Shown here: in pieces, positions 35,494 through 37,989 of the stretch
Numbering within the stretch: position 1 is the stretch's first letter
Layout of the letters: each line of letters starts with the position of its first letter
Origin: a virus
Lineage: Duplodnaviria; Caudoviricetes
DNA length: 37,989 nucleotides
Reading direction: 5' to 3' (one strand)
IMG/VR virus record: IMGVR_UViG_3300048849_000186
Span: 1 to 37,989 of that record
Notes under the pieces: generated by a model
Seen by the model: only the letters and a program-made list of their open reading frames with translations
What the model was told of the DNA's origin: nothing
Database searches by the model: none
Program-made: the position numbers and the translations under genes

Positions 35494-36027
35494 ATGAACA
35501 ACAGCAGCTTCGCGGCTCAGTCGGTCGCGCGCGGCCCGATGACGGTCGCGCCCCCTTCCTTTGACGGGCACGGCTGGCTCGTTGTCCTCAACCTGGCAGG
35601 GTTCACAGCGGGGTTCGTCATCTCGCTGATGCTCGCGCTCAAGATGATGCGGGATATCTGGCGGCATCGAGACGAGGACAAGCTGTTTCATCCGGTGACG
35701 GTGTGGCGCGGATTCGGGGGTGCGGTAGCGCTGGCCATGGCGATCCGGTTCGGCCCGGCCGCGATGGTGCTATGGGGATGGGACCCGCAGCAGGCGCATG
35801 CGACCGGGTGGCTGCTCACCTTCCAGCGCTTCACCGACCCGCTCGCCTTTACCTTAGGCCTGCTTGCGCTTGGCCTCTTCGAGATATCCGGCCGCACGAT
35901 GGCAGAACACCTCAAGCGGGAGCCGCTGCCGACTAGACTCTGGGCATCTCGGCACCAGCTGAAGCGGCCCGCCTGCATCTTTCTCCTCAGTCTGATCGCG
36001 GCGATCGGCGTGGTCTCCACGCGATGA
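35494..36027 (+). CDS. Multi-pass membrane protein in the lysis module
   Basis: About 4 hydrophobic segments, coupled to the next gene. Confidence 0.7.
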   Translation: MNNSSFAAQSVARGPMTVAPPSFDGHGWLVVLNLAGFTAGFVISLMLALKMMRDIWRHRDEDKLFHPVTVWRGFGGAVALAMAIRFGPAAMVLWGWDPQQAHATGWLLTFQRFTDPLAFTLGLLALGLFEISGRTMAEHLKREPLPTRLWASRHQLKRPACIFLLSLIAAIGVVSTR

Positions 36028-36449
36028 TGTGGCGGTCGATCGCGACGGCCGGTGCCGTCCTCCCCGCGGCCGCGGCCGCCCTTGCAAGAGACAAGGCGGC
36101 GACCGTGACCGAATCCACCCCCGTTATCTGGCACTTCGTGGGCTACGCGTTCGAGGCGGGCAGCATGATCGCAGGGCTGTGCGCCTGCCTCGCCGTCCGG
36201 TTCTACGTCAGCCAGGAGGCCCGCAAGGATCACCGCTGGAACGTCGACCTTCCCGTGTCGGTGCTTACCCTGCTGTTCACCGCGGGCATGATCATCCGGC
36301 TGCGGCCTGAGCCGTTCTGGGCGCTGGTCTACGGGACCGGCCTCGGCTCGGCCGGCGTGCTGATCATCAGCGCGTGCCTTGCCTGGGTGAAGCGCGGGAG
36401 CGACTTGTTCCAGCCGCCCAAGGCTCCGCCAACCAAGCCTGAGGGATAG
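36024..36449 (+). CDS. Holin-like membrane protein
   Basis: 3-4 hydrophobic segments, charged/Pro C-terminus, immediately before the endolysin. Confidence 0.65.
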   Translation: MMWRSIATAGAVLPAAAAALARDKAATVTESTPVIWHFVGYAFEAGSMIAGLCACLAVRFYVSQEARKDHRWNVDLPVSVLTLLFTAGMIIRLRPEPFWALVYGTGLGSAGVLIISACLAWVKRGSDLFQPPKAPPTKPEG

Positions 36450-36601
36450 CGCGCCCCGCCCTGCCGACTGGGGGGAGGACAGAGCGGAGCGCGCGGCACC
36501 AGGGGAGATGCCACCGTAGCGGGAGTACGGTCGCGCTCTCCTGCGCTTCGCGCGCGCCGCGGTCCAACCGGCATCCCGACTATCTGTGAAAGGAATATCC
36601 G

Positions 36602-37246
36602 ATGACGACGGCACCTGCGCCGGCGATCGCCGCGCCGCGCGCATTGGCGCGCCCGAAGGCGTTCTTCGACCGCATCCGCTCGCAGTTTGCGAACGGCACG
36701 ATCAGCGCCGCGCAGCTGGCGGGGCTCCAGTGCAAGCTCGACGCGTTCGGCGCGGCCGGCTGTCCGATCTCCTATGTCGCGTACGGCTTAGCGACGTCGT
36801 TCTGGGAGACGGCGCAGACCATGCGCCCGGCCCGTGAGATGGGCCGTGGCAAGGGCAAGGCATACGGCGTGCCCGGCAGGCACGGCGGCCAGATCGCTTA
36901 CGGGCGCGGCGACGTCCAGCTGACCTGGGCGGACAATTACGAGAAGGCAGACGTGGAGCTCGGCCTCAAAGGCGCGCTGATCGGCAATTACGACCTCGCC
37001 CTCGACCCCGCCAACTCGGCGCGGATCATGGTCGAAGGCATGCTTGAGGGCTGGTTCACCGGTAAACGTCTGGCCAGATATCTGCCCGCGACGGGGCCCG
37101 CCACGCTCGCGCAATTCACCGCGGCGCGTCGGATTATCAACGGGACTGACCGCGCCGCGCGGATCGCGGCGATCGCCGCGGTTTTCCAAGACGGGCTTTC
37201 GCTGGGCGGCTGGGGGCCTGTTCTTCCTCCCGCGCCGCGCGCCTGA
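36602..37246 (+). CDS. Endolysin, glycoside hydrolase family 19-like
   Basis: 'VAYGLATSFWETAQTMRP..AYGRGDVQLTWADNY..FTGKRL..ARRIING'. AAGGA RBS. Confidence 0.9.
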   Translation: MTTAPAPAIAAPRALARPKAFFDRIRSQFANGTISAAQLAGLQCKLDAFGAAGCPISYVAYGLATSFWETAQTMRPAREMGRGKGKAYGVPGRHGGQIAYGRGDVQLTWADNYEKADVELGLKGALIGNYDLALDPANSARIMVEGMLEGWFTGKRLARYLPATGPATLAQFTAARRIINGTDRAARIAAIAAVFQDGLSLGGWGPVLPPAPRA

Positions 37247-37366
37247 AGCGCCGCCACACCGCCACCAACCATTTCGCCAGCCGTACCATGCCGCCCTTCT
37301 ACCGCGGGGCGGCGCGCTGCCGGCTGAACCATCCCGTCACCACAGGTTCACGCAAGGAGGCATCCC

Positions 37367-37735
37367 GTGTCCATCAAGTCGTTCATCAAGAAGCTTTGGC
37401 GCTCGCCCGCCGCCCATGAGGTGGTCAAGATCATGCTCACCGAGACGCAGGAGGCCATTGCCCTCCTCATGACCCTGCCGATCGCGAAAACGGTCCGCGA
37501 CAACATCCTGACCATCGCCAAAGACAGCCTGTCCGGCCAGCAGAAGTTCGACGTCGTGCTCGGCCGCACCATCCCCGCGCTCATCGCGCTGACTAGGGGC
37601 AAGGGGCTGGAGACCGCGGCCGGCGACATCGAGGACATCGCGCGCGGGCTTGTCCAGGCGATCTATAACGATGTGGCCTCAGCGCGCGCCGCCACCATCG
37701 CCCGGAAGATCCTCGCGCTGTTCGGCGTCCGGTGA
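37367..37735 (+). CDS. Hypothetical lysis-module protein
   Basis: AAGGAGG RBS plus GTG start. 122 aa, amphipathic and helical. Confidence 0.7.
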   Translation: MSIKSFIKKLWRSPAAHEVVKIMLTETQEAIALLMTLPIAKTVRDNILTIAKDSLSGQQKFDVVLGRTIPALIALTRGKGLETAAGDIEDIARGLVQAIYNDVASARAATIARKILALFGVR

Positions 37736-37989
37736 GCGGCGCCGGCCGCGTCATTCATGTCGACGCCGGCACCGTCCCCAACACCAACCAGGCGGCGCGG
37801 CGCGTGCTGGTCGACCGCCCGAGCGGTGAGCGCCTCCTGTTCTACGTCCTAGGCACCAGCGCTTATGTAAGCTTTGCGAATGGCGACCGAAAACTTCGGG
37901 AATCCTGTCTGCCTTGGCTCACCCGCTGCGAAGCCGGCGCCCCGCTGCTGTGCCGGTACGGAACGCGCCAGATGCGAAGAGCTATCTAG
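37732..37989 (+). CDS. Hypothetical protein
   Basis: GTGA-coupled to the previous gene. The 3' part is AT-richer and may be a junction. Confidence 0.45.
   Translation: MSGAGRVIHVDAGTVPNTNQAARRVLVDRPSGERLLFYVLGTSAYVSFANGDRKLRESCLPWLTRCEAGAPLLCRYGTRQMRRAI

Larger units (their letters stand above)
1..37989. mobile_element. Temperate siphovirus prophage (lambda-like packaging, long non-contractile tail), probably in a Sphingomonas-like alphaproteobacterium
   Basis: Ordered integrase, immunity, replication, packaging, head, tail and lysis modules. No sheath gene. att sites not visible in the window. Confidence 0.95.

Noticed and set aside
1-37989. attL/attR, target tRNA, diversity-generating retroelement, gene transfer agent
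   Set aside because: The window starts at the integrase start codon, and no terminal direct repeat or tRNA was seen. No reverse transcriptase or TR/VR pair was seen. Integrase, immunity, replication and cos argue against a gene transfer agent.

Overview
The window is a near-complete temperate siphovirus prophage of about 38 kb with lambda-like packaging. Its high GC and small accessory genes suggest an alphaproteobacterial, probably Sphingomonas-like, host (inference). Gene order: P4-type tyrosine integrase; a HigA-HTH/IrrE-metalloprotease cassette with a partner gene; a leftward early operon (AlpA, thermonuclease, two tandem paralog pairs, a repeat protein); a CI/Cro switch with readable operators; a CII-like gene, primase, DnaB, and an initiator with internal iterons; antisense signalling morons (PilZ, STAS-like, hemerythrin-like); a NusG-like antiterminator; a lambda-like cos site, terminase, portal, protease-capsid fusion and tail genes; and a lysis module with a GH19-type endolysin. 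Five points stand out. (1) Antisense moron islands inside the early operons are spanned by 'bridge' ORFs; two are ATGA-coupled at both ends and a third at its 5' end. (2) The central tail protein ends in a Hint (intein-like) domain. (3) The HigA-IrrE cassette has no HigB toxin. (4) The CI repressor's S24 catalytic residues look lost. (5) The prophage carries host-type signalling morons. All family calls come from motif recognition by eye; no database searches were run. No att site, tRNA or CRISPR array was seen.
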